Shown: positions 37,459 through 50,267 of the stretch, piece after piece
Position numbering within the stretch: the stretch's first letter is position 1
Layout: each line of letters opens with the position of its first letter
NCBI RefSeq assembly: GCF_049337375.1
Contig: NZ_JBMPIV010000001.1
From: Nannocystis pusilla
GTDB taxonomy: Bacteria; Myxococcota_A; Polyangia; Nannocystales; Nannocystaceae
DNA length: 64,000 nucleotides
Strand: one strand, 5' to 3'
Made by a program: the position numbers and the translations under genes
Notes under the pieces: generated by a model
What the model saw: the letters and a program-made list of their open reading frames with translations, nothing else
Told to the model about the DNA's origin: nothing
Database searches by the model: none

Positions 37459-39285
37459 TCAGAATGGGACCGGACCCACCGATGCGGGCGTCTCGTCGTC
37501 ACCGACGTTATTCGTGTTGCCGTATCCGAGCTGGCCGTTCGCATTCAGGCCCCAGCAGCGCAGCGTGTCGTCGATGAGCAGCGCGCACGTCGCTCGTCCC
37601 AGGTGCGACCAGAGCCGTTTGGCATCGCCACCGAGGTCTACGTCCTGCGGCGGCGACTGGTCGTTTGCAAGGACGTCGTTGGTGCTCGCGTAGCCGAGCG
37701 AACCGTGCGCGCCACGCCCCCAGCACTTGACCCTGCCCGTGGCCATGCGCGCGCACGAATGGTTGGCACCGGCGACGACTTCAACGGCAGGACCTCCGAG
37801 GGGGACATCCTTCGGCGGCATGTCGCCGAGATCGTCGCCGACGTTGCTCGAGTTACCAGTCCCGAGCTTGCCATACGGGCCATGGCCCCAACAGCGGACC
37901 TGGCCATTCTGCATCAGGGCGCAAGCGTGCGCGTAGCCGGCGCTGAACTGCATCGCCACCCCGCCGAGGTCGATCGGCGTCGGGGGCATCTCGCCGACCT
38001 GATCGCCGAGCGCTTGAACGTGCCCCAGACCGAGCTGACCGAAATCGTTGTTACCCCAGCACTGCACCTTCCCTTGCTGCGATCGGACGCACGATGCGAA
38101 TGCCGCGAGGGAGAGCTGCTGCACGTCGATGACTCCGGGGACGTCGAGAAAATTCGGGGCCGAGAGAGTGTTGGCGTCGCCGTAGCCGAGCGCCCCCTGG
38201 TTGCCGCGTCCCCAGCACCTCACCTGGCCGCTCGTCGTGAGGACGCAGGTGTGCCACTCCCCGACGGAGACGTCCACGACGTCGGTACCGACGACGACAG
38301 AGGGAGACGGTAACTCGTCCATGTTGTCGCCGAGCGTCGCGGTGTTTCCGTAGCCGAGTTGTCCGAAATGGTTGCGTCCCCAGCACCGCAGATCGCCGGA
38401 CTCGAGTACCGCACAGGTGTGATCGATTCCGGCCGCCATGCGGACGACAGGGTCCCCGACGGGCACCGGCGGGCCGGGCACCTCGCCGGGTTGATCCCCC
38501 TGATCTTCGCTGTCACCCCGGCCGAGCTGCCCGAATCCATTGTAGCCCCAGCAATGCAACTTTCCGCCCGACAGCAGGATACACGTGTGATCGTGGCCCA
38601 TCGCCACGTCGAGCACCTGTTTGGCGATGCAACCGGTCGAGCACGCGTCGCTGTCTTGAGCGTTGCCGTCGTCGCACTGCTCGCCGGCGACTGTGTTGAG
38701 CACCCCGTCGCCACACTGCGCGGTGGTGCAATCGGCGTTGCACTTCGTCGACTCTCCGCCGTCGTCGCAATCCTCGCCGATCGCCCGCTGGGGCGTGCCG
38801 TCGCCGCAAAAGGTCACGATGCACAGGTTGTTGCACGCGTCGTCGTCGACGCTGTTCTCGTCGTCGCACTCCTCTGCGGGGCCGAGGATTCCGTCGCCGC
38901 ACACGGCCAGGGTGCACTTGTTGGTGCACGCGTCGCCGTCCACTCCGTTCATGTCGTCGCACTCTTCCGGCGGTTCGGGATTGCCGTTTCCGCAGACTCC
39001 GGCGGCGGTGGCCGCTGTCGTCTCGGCCTCGCCCGACGAGGGCGCTGCCGTGGTAGAAGTCTCCAGCGTCGCGCTCTGGGTGGTGCTGCTTGTCGTATCC
39101 GCAGTATCGGACTCTGACGCTGCTGTCGTGGGGCTCGTCGACTCGGTCGCCGCTGAAACGTCGGAATTAGAAGTGGCCAACGTCTCGCTAGCCGACTCCC
39201 GGCCGTCTTCGCAGCCTGCAAGAAGCACGCTCAAGAGCGAGAGGGTGCGGAGAGCGGGAACGGGCGCAATTGCGTCGTGTGTCAT
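37459..39285 (-). CDS. Lipoprotein with Myxococcus-type cysteine-rich repeats followed by RCC1 (beta-propeller) repeats
   Basis: MTHDAIAPVPALRTLSLLSVLLAGC. Four CxxxxDG...C...C modules (EECDDMNGVDGDACTNKC, EECDDENSVDDDACNNLC, EDCDDGGESTKCNADC, EQCDDGNAQDSDACSTGC). At least six HTC.L..G...CWG.N.FGQLG.G RCC1 blades. Confidence 0.8.
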   Translation of the reverse strand: MTHDAIAPVPALRTLSLLSVLLAGCEDGRESASETLATSNSDVSAATESTSPTTAASESDTADTTSSTTQSATLETSTTAAPSSGEAETTAATAAGVCGNGNPEPPEECDDMNGVDGDACTNKCTLAVCGDGILGPAEECDDENSVDDDACNNLCIVTFCGDGTPQRAIGEDCDDGGESTKCNADCTTAQCGDGVLNTVAGEQCDDGNAQDSDACSTGCIAKQVLDVAMGHDHTCILLSGGKLHCWGYNGFGQLGRGDSEDQGDQPGEVPGPPVPVGDPVVRMAAGIDHTCAVLESGDLRCWGRNHFGQLGYGNTATLGDNMDELPSPSVVVGTDVVDVSVGEWHTCVLTTSGQVRCWGRGNQGALGYGDANTLSAPNFLDVPGVIDVQQLSLAAFASCVRSQQGKVQCWGNNDFGQLGLGHVQALGDQVGEMPPTPIDLGGVAMQFSAGYAHACALMQNGQVRCWGHGPYGKLGTGNSSNVGDDLGDMPPKDVPLGGPAVEVVAGANHSCARMATGRVKCWGRGAHGSLGYASTNDVLANDQSPPQDVDLGGDAKRLWSHLGRATCALLIDDTLRCWGLNANGQLGYGNTNNVGDDETPASVGPVPF

Positions 39286-40022
39286 CGAAATACTCCATTT
39301 GGCGGCAGGCCTCAGAGCCGGTCGACCGGCAACGGCTGTTCAACAGGTAGTGTCCGAGCACCGAGTTCCCGTTCCGGGACGCCGAGAAATTGCGACGGGG
39401 AAGAATGGCGAGGTTTCGATCGGCAGCACTCCGTCAGGATGAGAGCGGCTGCTGTCGCGGACATATCGAGCGCGCCCTCGGACTCGGCCAGCTTGCTCGT
39501 GTCGCGCAGTCGGGCCGGCTCGAGGAGGCCCACGCCGTTGTGGACGGGGTCCAAAAGTGCGGCGCGCGAGGTTGGCCGGCGCGATGCAGCGCACCGCAGC
39601 GGGATGACCCGATAAGGGGTCCCGAGATGCTGATATGTAGCCTCGCAATCGTCCTGACGCTGCTCTCGACACCTCACGGCGACGCGGCGCTCACGAGCTT
39701 CGCAAGCCCGAGGTCGGTCGCGCGGCCGAGCAGGCTCGCCGAGGCGTGGAGAGCGGCCGCAAACTGCGCCGGCGGGCTCGTCGGGGCGGTCCGTCGCGCA
39801 GCGATCGGGCGCGCGGGCGGGATGACGCCGCGGCCGCGCCAGGTCGGCGCCGTCGATCATGGTTCCCCAGTGGTGCGTCTCCTCCGTCTCGCTCCGCTGT
39901 TGCTGCTGTGCGCGTGCCCTCTCACCGTGCGCATCGAGGAGCACGCGGCGGCCGAACCGGCAGCCGCGGCGCCCGCCCGCGAGGCCTGCGAGAACGCGAT
40001 CCCGGGCGCGTGCGCCACGGAG

Positions 40023-40382
40023 ATGGTGCTGGCGTCCGTCGTCCAGTACATGACGTTCTTCGCCGAGCTGTGCGGGGCTCTGGTGATCGCGGTCGCGGTG
40101 CTGCGGGCGCTGGCCCGCTTCATACCGCACCTGCCGCGCCGCGCCTCGGCGCACGACACCTATCAGGACCAGATCCGGCTGCAGCTCGGCAAGTCGCTGG
40201 CGCTGGCGCTCGAGTTCGAGCTGGCGGCCGACATCCTCAAGACCGCCGTGGTGCCGTCGCTGGCGGTGATCGGCCAGTTGGCGGCGATCGTGGTCCTGCG
40301 GACGCTGCTGAACTACTTCCTCGAGCGCGAGCTCCGGCAGGCAGAGAGCCGCGGAGCGGGGACGGTCGAGCGGCCGGGGTGA
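40023..40382 (+). CDS. DUF1622-family small membrane protein
   Basis: ...AVLRALARFIPHLPRRA...DQIRLQLGKSLALALEFELAADILKTAVVPS...VVLRTLLNYFLEREL. The ORF continues upstream in frame (39390) and includes a segment LLRLAPLLLLCAC, so an N-terminal extension is possible. Confidence 0.6.
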   Translation: MVLASVVQYMTFFAELCGALVIAVAVLRALARFIPHLPRRASAHDTYQDQIRLQLGKSLALALEFELAADILKTAVVPSLAVIGQLAAIVVLRTLLNYFLERELRQAESRGAGTVERPG

Positions 40383-40413
40383 AGTTCGCTGGCGTCGGAC
40401 GAGCGGCCGGGAA

Positions 40414-42642
40414 TCACAGCAGCTTGTCGAGGGTGATCGGGAGCTCGCGGATCCGCCGGCCGGTCGCGTGAAACACGGCGTTGGCGATCGCGGCCGCGAC
40501 GCCGACGATGCCGATCTCGCCGAGGCCCTTGACGCCGAGCGGGTTGACGACGTCGTCGCGCTCCTCGACGAACACGACGTCGATCGCGGGCACGTCGGCG
40601 TGGACGGGCACGTGGTACTCGCCGAGGTTGTGATTGACGAAGCGGCCGAGGCCGTGGTCGAGCATGCTGTGCTCCGCGAGCGCCATGCCGATGCCCCACA
40701 CCACGCCGCCGAGGATCTGGCTGCGCGCGGTCTTGGGGTTCAAGATCCGCCCGCCTGCGACCGCGCTGACGACTCGCCTCACGGTCACGGTGCCGAGCGC
40801 CTCGTCGACGGCGACCTCGACGAACACCGCCGAGTGGGCGTTGCTGGTGTAGCGTGATTGGCGGGCGAGGTCGGGGATCGCGGTGGCCTGCTCGGCGATG
40901 CTGCCGAGGCCGGCGTGGCGCATGATCGCGGCGATCGGCACGGCCGGGGCGACGCCGCTGCGCAGGCGCAGGCCGCGGTCGACGAACTCGACGTCCTCGA
41001 GCGTGCGTCCGCCGAAGGGCGAGTCGGGCAGGGCCTGCGCCAGCTTCAAGAGGGTGTGCTGCAGCGCTCGACACACCGCGAGCACGGCGGAGCCGACCGA
41101 GGAGGCGGTGGCCGAGCCGCCCTGGATCATCGCCGGCGGCAACGCGGTGTCGCCGAGCTCGAAGCGGACCGCGGCGAGCGGCAAGCCGAGCTGCTCGGCG
41201 GCGATCTGGGACATGATCGTGTAGGTGCCAGGGCCGATCTCGCCGCTGGCGCTGGCGACGTGCAGCCGGCCGTCGGCGGTCAGCAGCGCCTTGGCCTGCG
41301 AGGGGGCCTGCTGCGCCTCCCAGATGCCGGTGGCCATGCCCCAGCCGATCTGCAGCGCGCCCTCCCGCATCGATCGCGCGGCGAGGGAGCGCCGGTGCCA
41401 GCCGAACCGCGCCGCGCCCTCGCGGTAGCAGTCGCGCAGGGCCTTGCTCGAGAACGGGCGCCGGTGATCTTGATCCTCCTCGGCGTAGTTCTTGAGCCGC
41501 AGCGCCAGCGGGTCGATGTCCAGGGCGTCGGCCAGCTCGTCGATCGCCGACTCGAGCGCCCACAGGCCGGTGACGGCCCCCGGGGCGCGGGCGTCGATCG
41601 GGGTGTAGAGATCGAGCGCGGCCACGCCGTACTCGAGCCGCGTGTTCGGGCACTCGTAGAGCACGCCGGACCAGGGCACCACGTTCTCGCAGTAATCCTC
41701 GAAGCGCGAGGTGTTGCCGACGGCCTCGTGGATTAGCGCGCACAGCCGGCCGTCCCGCTCGGCGCCGAGGGCCACGCGCTGGCGCGTCCACGGCCGGTAG
41801 CCGATGGTGAACATCTGCTGGCGGCTCAGCACCACCCGGACCGAGCGCCGCAGCTCGCGGGCCGCCAGGACCGCGAGGAACAATTGATATTGCGGACGCA
41901 GGCCCGAGCCGAAGCCGCCGCCGACGAACGGGGTGACGACGCGGACCTGGTCGCTCGCCAGGCCGAACACCTTGCACACGTAGTCGCGGCTGTTGCTCAC
42001 GCCCTGGGTCTTGTCGTGGATCGTCAGGCTGCCGTCGGCCTCGACGATCACGGTGGTGGCGTGCGGCTCCATCGGGTTGTGGTGCAGCGGCGGGTGCTCG
42101 TAGGTCGCCTCGACGCGCACGGGGGCGGCCGCGAGGGCCTCGTCGGCGCGCCCGCGCGGCTTCGGCGGCGGGGTGTAGCCCTTCTTGCCGCGGGCCGGCT
42201 CGTGCGCCTCGGCCTCGACCTCGGCGAGGCGAGTCTCGTGCGGCGCGGCCTCGTAGTCGACCTTGACGAGGCCCGCGGCCTCGCGCGCGAGCTCGAAGCT
42301 CTCGGCGATCACGAGCGCGACGGGCTGGCCGCTGAACTGGATCTCGGCGTCGTGCAGCGGGCGCAGCGGGGAGCCGCCGGGGGCGACCATGTCGCGCCAG
42401 CTGCGGTCGCGCCAGGCCAGCCGCGGGGTGTTCTCGTGGGTGTATACCTGCAGCACGCCGGGCAGCGCGAGCGCCTCGGCGGCGTCGATGCGCATGATCT
42501 TGCCGCGGGCGATCGCGCTGCCGACGACAAAACCGTGGACGAGGTCGGGGGCCGTGAACTCGCCGGCGTAGCGGGCCTGGCCAGTGACCTTGGCCCGGCC
42601 GTCGACGCGATCGTGGGGTGCGCCGGTCTTTCCCGTGGTCAT
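40414..42642 (-). CDS. Xanthine dehydrogenase / aldehyde oxidase family molybdopterin-binding large subunit
   Basis: Internal start [29 protein letters not shown] (classic N-terminus) within ORF 40414..43167. The sequence is XDH/CoxL/PaoC-like throughout. The ATG overlaps the stop of the FAD subunit (ATGA). Confidence 0.85.
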   Translation of the reverse strand: MTTGKTGAPHDRVDGRAKVTGQARYAGEFTAPDLVHGFVVGSAIARGKIMRIDAAEALALPGVLQVYTHENTPRLAWRDRSWRDMVAPGGSPLRPLHDAEIQFSGQPVALVIAESFELAREAAGLVKVDYEAAPHETRLAEVEAEAHEPARGKKGYTPPPKPRGRADEALAAAPVRVEATYEHPPLHHNPMEPHATTVIVEADGSLTIHDKTQGVSNSRDYVCKVFGLASDQVRVVTPFVGGGFGSGLRPQYQLFLAVLAARELRRSVRVVLSRQQMFTIGYRPWTRQRVALGAERDGRLCALIHEAVGNTSRFEDYCENVVPWSGVLYECPNTRLEYGVAALDLYTPIDARAPGAVTGLWALESAIDELADALDIDPLALRLKNYAEEDQDHRRPFSSKALRDCYREGAARFGWHRRSLAARSMREGALQIGWGMATGIWEAQQAPSQAKALLTADGRLHVASASGEIGPGTYTIMSQIAAEQLGLPLAAVRFELGDTALPPAMIQGGSATASSVGSAVLAVCRALQHTLLKLAQALPDSPFGGRTLEDVEFVDRGLRLRSGVAPAVPIAAIMRHAGLGSIAEQATAIPDLARQSRYTSNAHSAVFVEVAVDEALGTVTVRRVVSAVAGGRILNPKTARSQILGGVVWGIGMALAEHSMLDHGLGRFVNHNLGEYHVPVHADVPAIDVVFVEERDDVVNPLGVKGLGEIGIVGVAAAIANAVFHATGRRIRELPITLDKLL

Positions 42643-43634
42643 GCGCGTGGCCCTCCGGCGACCGCCTGCTGCAGCGCGCGGACCACCGCGCGGCGGACGA
42701 GGGCGATCTTGAAGTCGTTGTGGCCGCAGCCGCGAGCGTCGCGCACGAGGTGCTCGCCGACGGCGGCGAACAGGGCGTCGTCGGGCCTCTGGCCGCGCAG
42801 CAGCGCCTCGGCGGTGGGGTCGCGCCACGGCTTGTGCGCGACGCCGCCGAGCGCGAGGCGGGCCTCGCCGATCGTGCCGTCGACCATCCGCAGGCCGACG
42901 GCCACCGACACCAGGGCGAACGCGTAAGAGTGACGATCGCGGACCTTGAGGTAGGTCGAGTGGGCGGCGAAGCCCTCGCGCGGCAGCGCGACGGCGGTGA
43001 CGAGCTCGCCCGGCTGCAAGGTGCTGTCGCGCTCGGGCGCGTCGCCGGGCAGGCGGTGGAACTCGGCGAATGCGATCGCGCGCGGGCCGGCGGGGCCGGT
43101 GACGTGCACCGTGGCCGCGAGCGCGGCCAGGGCGACGCACATGTCCGAAGGGTGGACCGCGATGCAATGCTCGCTGGCGCCGAGGATCGCGTGGATCCGG
43201 TTGACGCCGTCACGCGCCGGACAGCCGCTGCCGGGCGCGCGCTTGTTGCAGGGCAGGGCGGCGTCGTAGAAGTAATAGCAGCGGGTGCGCTGCAGCAGGT
43301 TGCCGCCGGTGCTGGCCATGTTGCGCAGCTGCGGCGAGGCGCCGGCGAGGATCGCCTGTGACAGCAGCGGATAGCGAGACACGACCTCGGGGTGGTAGGC
43401 GACCTCGCTGTTGCTGACGAGCGCGCCGATCTCGAGGCCGCCGTCCGCCGACGGCTTCACGGCGCGCAGCGGCAGGCGAGTGATGTCGATGAGCCGGCTC
43501 GGCGCGGCGATCCGCTCCTTCATGAGGTCGACGAGGTTGGTCCCGCCGGCGATGAATTGGGCCGCATCGTCACCGGCGGCCGCGTGCACGGCCTCGGCGA
43601 CGTCGCTCGCGCGGGTGTAGCCGAACCGGTTCAC
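42639..43634 (-). CDS. Xanthine dehydrogenase family FAD-binding medium subunit
   Basis: GTG start [39 protein letters not shown]... (CO-dehydrogenase flavoprotein fold). The start overlaps the 2Fe-2S subunit stop (GTGA). Confidence 0.8.
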   Translation of the reverse strand: MNRFGYTRASDVAEAVHAAAGDDAAQFIAGGTNLVDLMKERIAAPSRLIDITRLPLRAVKPSADGGLEIGALVSNSEVAYHPEVVSRYPLLSQAILAGASPQLRNMASTGGNLLQRTRCYYFYDAALPCNKRAPGSGCPARDGVNRIHAILGASEHCIAVHPSDMCVALAALAATVHVTGPAGPRAIAFAEFHRLPGDAPERDSTLQPGELVTAVALPREGFAAHSTYLKVRDRHSYAFALVSVAVGLRMVDGTIGEARLALGGVAHKPWRDPTAEALLRGQRPDDALFAAVGEHLVRDARGCGHNDFKIALVRRAVVRALQQAVAGGPRA

Positions 43635-44125
43635 GCGTCCCTCCGCGGCCGCATGGCCTGGCCGATCGCGGCGACGATGTTGGGGTAGGCGCCGCAGCGG
43701 CACAGGTTGCCGCTCATGAGCTCGCGGATCTGATCTTCGCTGCGCGCGTGGCCCTCGGCGAGCAGACCGACGGCCGAGCAGATCTGGCCCGGCGTGCAGT
43801 AGCCGCACTGGAACGCGTCGTTCTCGATGAACGCCTGCTGCAGCGGGTGCAGGGCGTCGCCCTCGGCCAGGCCCTCGATCGTGGTGACGCTGGCGCCGTC
43901 GCGCATCACCGCGAGGCTGAGGCAGCTGTTGATGCGGACGCCGTCGACGAGCACGGTGCAGGCGCCGCACTGGCCGTGGTCGCAGCCCTTCTTGCTGCCG
44001 GTGAGGCCGAGGCGCTCGCGCAGCAGGTCGAGCAGGGTGGTCCAGGGCGCGACCTGAAGGCGCAGCGTGGACCCGTTCACCTTCAAGGTGATGGCGCAGG
44101 TGTCGTCGCCCATGCCGGGCAGCAT
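43631..44125 (-). CDS. Xanthine dehydrogenase family [2Fe-2S] iron-sulfur small subunit
   Basis: ...[14 protein letters not shown]...[11 protein letters not shown]...CGYCTPGQI...CRCGAY: both ferredoxin-type Cys clusters are present. Start is MLPGMG (44125) or MGDDT (44113). Confidence 0.8.
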   Translation of the reverse strand: MLPGMGDDTCAITLKVNGSTLRLQVAPWTTLLDLLRERLGLTGSKKGCDHGQCGACTVLVDGVRINSCLSLAVMRDGASVTTIEGLAEGDALHPLQQAFIENDAFQCGYCTPGQICSAVGLLAEGHARSEDQIRELMSGNLCRCGAYPNIVAAIGQAMRPRRDA

Positions 44126-44382
44126 GGGCGCGTCGGTCGAGCGGGCGAGCGGTCGCGGCCTGGCGCGCCCGCGAGGCGTTCGCCGACCGTCGACGCCGGT
44201 GCTCGGCGCAAGACCCGCTCGGCGGAGCGGCTCGCGAGGGACCGCCGGCGGGCGCGAAGCCGACCGCGCCGCACACCGTCGCTGCGGCTCGTCGAGTTGT
44301 TCCGGCTGCTGGCCCTGGGCCGCGGCCATGCGACGCTGCTCGATGGTTGTCGGGCCGCGGAGGTCGGGCTAGCGTCTCGTCG

Positions 44383-44757
44383 ATGAAGTCCCTCGCCGAT
44401 TACGAGCAGAAGTTCGACCGGCTCCACGAGGATTGTCCCGTCCGCGCCGCGCTCGACGTCATCCGCGGGCGCTGGAAGCCCTCGATCTTCTACGAGCTCA
44501 AGGACGGCCCGCGGCGCTTCTCGCAGCTGCAGGCGGCGCTCGCCGGCATCACCGCGCAGGCGCTGACCGTGCAGCTGCGCCAGCTCGAGGCCGACGGCGT
44601 GGTCGTCCGCACCGTACACGCGGAGGAGAGCCCGCTGCGCGTCGAGTACGCGCTGAGCGAGTCGGGCAAGACGCTGTCGGGCGTGCTGGACCAGCTCGAG
44701 GTGTGGGGCGCGGCCTATATGGAGCGCCGCGGGGCGACGCGATCGCGGGTCGCCTGA
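44383..44757 (+). CDS. HxlR family transcriptional regulator
   Basis: [57 protein letters not shown] matches the HxlR-type winged helix. Confidence 0.75.
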   Translation: MKSLADYEQKFDRLHEDCPVRAALDVIRGRWKPSIFYELKDGPRRFSQLQAALAGITAQALTVQLRQLEADGVVVRTVHAEESPLRVEYALSESGKTLSGVLDQLEVWGAAYMERRGATRSRVA

Positions 44758-44833
44758 GTCGCTCACTTTTTGGTGAGCAGCTCAACAATTTGCGACGAGG
44801 CGCGCGGCGGGGGGCGTCGCTACATTCCTCGCC

Positions 44834-45493
44834 ATGCACAAGCTCCTCGTCGTCGATGCCAGCGGGCGCGTCACTCGCTCGATCACCCGTCGTCTCACCC
44901 GTCGCTTCGCCGAGGCCTGGCGCGCGCGCGAGCCCGGCGGCGCGGTGCTTCACCGAGACGTGGGGCTGGAGCCGCCGCCGCCGGTCGACGAGCCATGGAT
45001 CGCGGCCGCGTTCGGCGACCCCGAGACGCGCTCCGAGGCCGGACGCGCGGCCCTGCGGACCAGCGACGCGCTGATCGACGAGCTCGACGCCGCCGACGCG
45101 GTGGTGATCGGCGCGCCCATGTACAACTTCGGGATGCCGGCGCAGCTCAAGGCGTACTTCGACCAGGTGATCCGCGTGGGCCGGACCTTCGGCTTCGACG
45201 CGACCGCGGCCGAGCCCTACCAGCCGCTGCTGCGCGCGCGACCGGTGGTCGTGATCGTCTCGCTCGGCGACGGGGCCTTGAACCCGGGCGGCGCCCTGGC
45301 GCACCTCAACTTCCTCGAGCCGCACCTGACGACCTGTCTCGGCTTCATCGGTCTGACCGATGTCACGTTCGTCCGCGTCGGCTTCGACGAGTTTCAGGAC
45401 GGCCGCTTCCGGGCCTCGATCGCCGCCGCCGAGGCCGAGGTCGACGAGCTCGCCGCGCGCCTCGCCGGTCCGCTCACTCGCCTGGCGTCGTGA
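44834..45493 (+). CDS. azoR: FMN-dependent NADH-azoreductase family (flavodoxin-like fold)
   Basis: MHKLLVVDASGRVTRSITRRLTRRF...VIGAPMYNFGMPAQLKAYFDQVIRVGRTF matches AzoR/ACP-phosphodiesterase-type NAD(P)H quinone oxidoreductases. Adjacent HxlR regulator. Confidence 0.75.
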   Translation: MHKLLVVDASGRVTRSITRRLTRRFAEAWRAREPGGAVLHRDVGLEPPPPVDEPWIAAAFGDPETRSEAGRAALRTSDALIDELDAADAVVIGAPMYNFGMPAQLKAYFDQVIRVGRTFGFDATAAEPYQPLLRARPVVVIVSLGDGALNPGGALAHLNFLEPHLTTCLGFIGLTDVTFVRVGFDEFQDGRFRASIAAAEAEVDELAARLAGPLTRLAS

Positions 45494-45585
45494 GCGGCGG
45501 GCGGTGACTCCGGCGTCGACTCGCCGGGCGCTCCGCGGTCGATGGCGCCGCCGAACTGCGGTAGGATCGGCCCGCGGAGGAGCAC

Positions 45586-46668
45586 ATGCGCGTGAGGATG
45601 GCAGCGAGACTGACGATCGCCGCGGCGATCGTCGCGGCTCCGGGGACGACGCGGGCGTGGAACGAGAGCGGGCACCGGATCGTCGCCCGCATCGCCTGGG
45701 ACGAGCTGACGCGGGCGCAGCAGGTGTTCGCGTCGGAGCTGCTGGTCCGTCACCCGCGCTTCGCGGAGGACTTCGCGGCCCGCATGCCGCCGGAGATCGC
45801 GGCGCGCCCGGCCGACGACGCCGAGCGGCAGCAGTGGGTGTTCATGCACGCGGCGATCTGGCCTGACCTGCTGAAAGGCGCGAACAGGCAGCTGAACGAG
45901 GCGATCGCGGCGCTGCCGGCCGGCGCGGAGAAGACCGAGCTCGAGCGCCGCCTCGCCGACGTCAAGCGCCACGACAACCCGACGTGGCACTACGACAACA
46001 AGCCGATCCACATCGACCCGTACGCGCTGCCGGCGATCGCCCCGCCCGCGACGCGACCGCTCGGGGTCCAGCAGGCGCTGCCGAACGCGCTGCGCGAGCT
46101 CGACGATCGCAGCCTGCCGGTCGAGCGCCGGGCGGTCGCTCTGGCGTGGGTGCTCCACCTGGTCGGCGACTCGCACCAGCCGCTGCACACGGTGGCGCTG
46201 TTCTCGTCGCGGCACCTGCCGCAGGGCGACCTCGGCGGCAACGCCTTGATCGTCCGGCTGCCCGGGCCGGCCGGCGCGACGCCGACCCGGCTGCACGCGG
46301 TGTGGGACGACATGCTCGGCGACGATCCGAAGACGGAGCGGGCGGCCAAGAGCCGGATCGTCGCCGCCAACCCGCGGCGGAGCCTGAAGCCGGAGCTGGC
46401 GGCCTCGGACGGCGCGGCGGGGGTCGAGGCGATGGTCAATCTGTGGCTCGACGAGAGCTACCGCGCCGCCGACACCAGCGTGTACGACGGTCGCCTGCGC
46501 GAGGCGTTGCTGGCCCCGCTCGCGGCCGGCGCGACCTCGCCGTTCCCGATCGCGCTCGACCGCCGCTACCTGCAAGCGGCCCGCGCGGTGGCGATGCGCC
46601 GCGCGGCCCTGGCCGGGTATCGCCTCGCCGATTGCATCGGCAGGGCGGAGAGTCGGACCCGCCCGTGA
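45586..46668 (+). CDS. Secreted S1/P1 family nuclease
   Basis: Signal peptide, then WNESGHRIVARIA (mature N-terminal Trp plus zinc-binding His), HLVGDSHQPLH, and other His/Asp ligands. Confidence 0.8.
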   Translation: MRVRMAARLTIAAAIVAAPGTTRAWNESGHRIVARIAWDELTRAQQVFASELLVRHPRFAEDFAARMPPEIAARPADDAERQQWVFMHAAIWPDLLKGANRQLNEAIAALPAGAEKTELERRLADVKRHDNPTWHYDNKPIHIDPYALPAIAPPATRPLGVQQALPNALRELDDRSLPVERRAVALAWVLHLVGDSHQPLHTVALFSSRHLPQGDLGGNALIVRLPGPAGATPTRLHAVWDDMLGDDPKTERAAKSRIVAANPRRSLKPELAASDGAAGVEAMVNLWLDESYRAADTSVYDGRLREALLAPLAAGATSPFPIALDRRYLQAARAVAMRRAALAGYRLADCIGRAESRTRP

Positions 46669-46712
46669 CCCCGCGCGACCGGCCGCGAGAGCCGCTGGGG
46701 TTATTGTAATGA

Positions 46713-46958
46713 CATGTCCCTGGAGGCATGTCATGCGAATCCGCCGTGTTCGGCGTCGTGAGCGGAGCTCCGGCGGTGAAAGTCCCAAGGGACAGGATCG
46801 AACGAGCAGGCCTTGCGTGCGCCCCGCGGAGCTCGCCGCGTGGCCACGCCGATCTTTGTCCTGAAGGACATGTCGTGGAGTTCATGTCACCGGCCGTCGT
46901 CGGCGCGGCGGCGGCCTTGCTGCTCTTTCGGTCATGCCCGATGGGGCATGTCCCGGAG
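46713..46958. repeat. Three arrays of 14-bp CATGTCC-type units in the 290-bp convergent intergenic region (46713..46740, 46856..46897, 46931..46958)
   Basis: Direct reading: CATGTCCctggagg/CATGTCAtgcgaat; tTTGTCCtgaagga/CATGTCGtggagtt/CATGTCAccggccg; CATGCCCgatgggg/CATGTCCcggaggt. Confidence 0.5.
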
Positions 46959-46959
46959 G

Positions 46960-47436
46960 TCACCCTTCAAGCCGGCGCCTCGCCGGCCAGCAGCGCGGGT
47001 CCCATTCGACCTCCGGCTGCAGCGCCCGCAGGTGCGCCAGGGTCCGGGTCGTGAGCACGTGGACCGGGGCGAAGTCCTGGTGGCGGCCGGGCGCGGCGAA
47101 GCGGCCGGGGCCGTCGGCGGCGGCCTGCAAGCGCACACGGCGGCCGAGCAGCGACGACAGCGCGGGCTCGACGTCCGCGCCCTCGACGACCTCGCCGTCG
47201 GGCAGCGTCACGCGCAGCGGCAGCGGGGCGTCGCGGTCGGCGAGCAGCGCCGCCCGGCAGGCGCGCAGGGCGGGGTGCGTCGGCCCGCGCTTGTTGGCGA
47301 TCCTCTCGCCGGTGTCGAGGTCGACCGCCACGTACTTGCGATCGCCGTCGCAGCCCGCGTGATCGACGTGGGTCTCGGGCAGCGACTCGCCCAGCATCGC
47401 CTTGACGGGGTAGCGCCAGATCGCCAGGACGCCCAT
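46960..47436 (-). CDS. MOSC domain-containing protein
   Basis: Internal start MGVLAIWRYPVKAMLGESLPETHVDHAGCDGDRKYVAVDLDTGERI (MOSC beta-barrel N-terminus) in ORF 46960..47766. Upstream ORF extension is junk. Confidence 0.65.
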   Translation of the reverse strand: MGVLAIWRYPVKAMLGESLPETHVDHAGCDGDRKYVAVDLDTGERIANKRGPTHPALRACRAALLADRDAPLPLRVTLPDGEVVEGADVEPALSSLLGRRVRLQAAADGPGRFAAPGRHQDFAPVHVLTTRTLAHLRALQPEVEWDPRCWPARRRLEG

Positions 47437-47482
47437 GGTCTTCTCCCGGGCGCCAGGGTAGCGCGGCGCCCGGGACGGAGGG

Positions 47483-47510
47483 GATGTCCGAAAGGACATC
47501 TGGTGACAGG
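47483..47510. repeat. Two 14-bp units (gATGTCCgaaagga / CATCTGGtgacagg) upstream of the MOSC gene
   Basis: Direct reading. Confidence 0.4.
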
Positions 47511-47764
47511 ACCGGCGCAGCGGCGGGCGGGCGCCGCGGGGCCGCCGCGGCGCGCGAAATGACGCCGACCGCCGATGCGGACGCGGTCGGCGCGGCGCCG
47601 GGCTGATTGGCAGCATTTGCGCGGCACCTCGGTGTCCGCAATCGGGGCACGGGCCGTCTTCAGGCGAGGGATCCCGCCGTGCGGTGAATCGGGCGCAGGT
47701 GCGTTCATCGGGCCTGCTCCGAGCCTGCGGCGGCGGTCGCCGCGCCCACCCTCGCGGGGCGGTC

Positions 47765-50221
<2,457 letters not shown>

Positions 50222-50267
50222 ATCGCACTCCGGGCAATCACCGTTGCGAGCGCTCCGCGCCTGGCCT

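Noticed and set aside
39390-40022. N-terminal 211-codon in-frame extension of the DUF1622 ORF
   Set aside because: Mostly Arg/Ala-rich low-information sequence. Only a short LLRLAPLLLLCAC segment looks signal-like. The conserved DUF1622 core starts at 40023 with its own ATG and RBS-like GGAG, but an extension cannot be excluded.
46728-47054. Small ORFs that begin MS.. and contain the recurring peptide motif TCP.GHV (46728..47054, 57981..58253, 55213..55485, 60018..60770, 4519.. and 4533..)
   Set aside because: The shared peptide motif is simply the translation of the CATGTCC/GGGCATGTCC DNA repeat. There is no independent coding signal, so the motif is a DNA feature, not a protein family.
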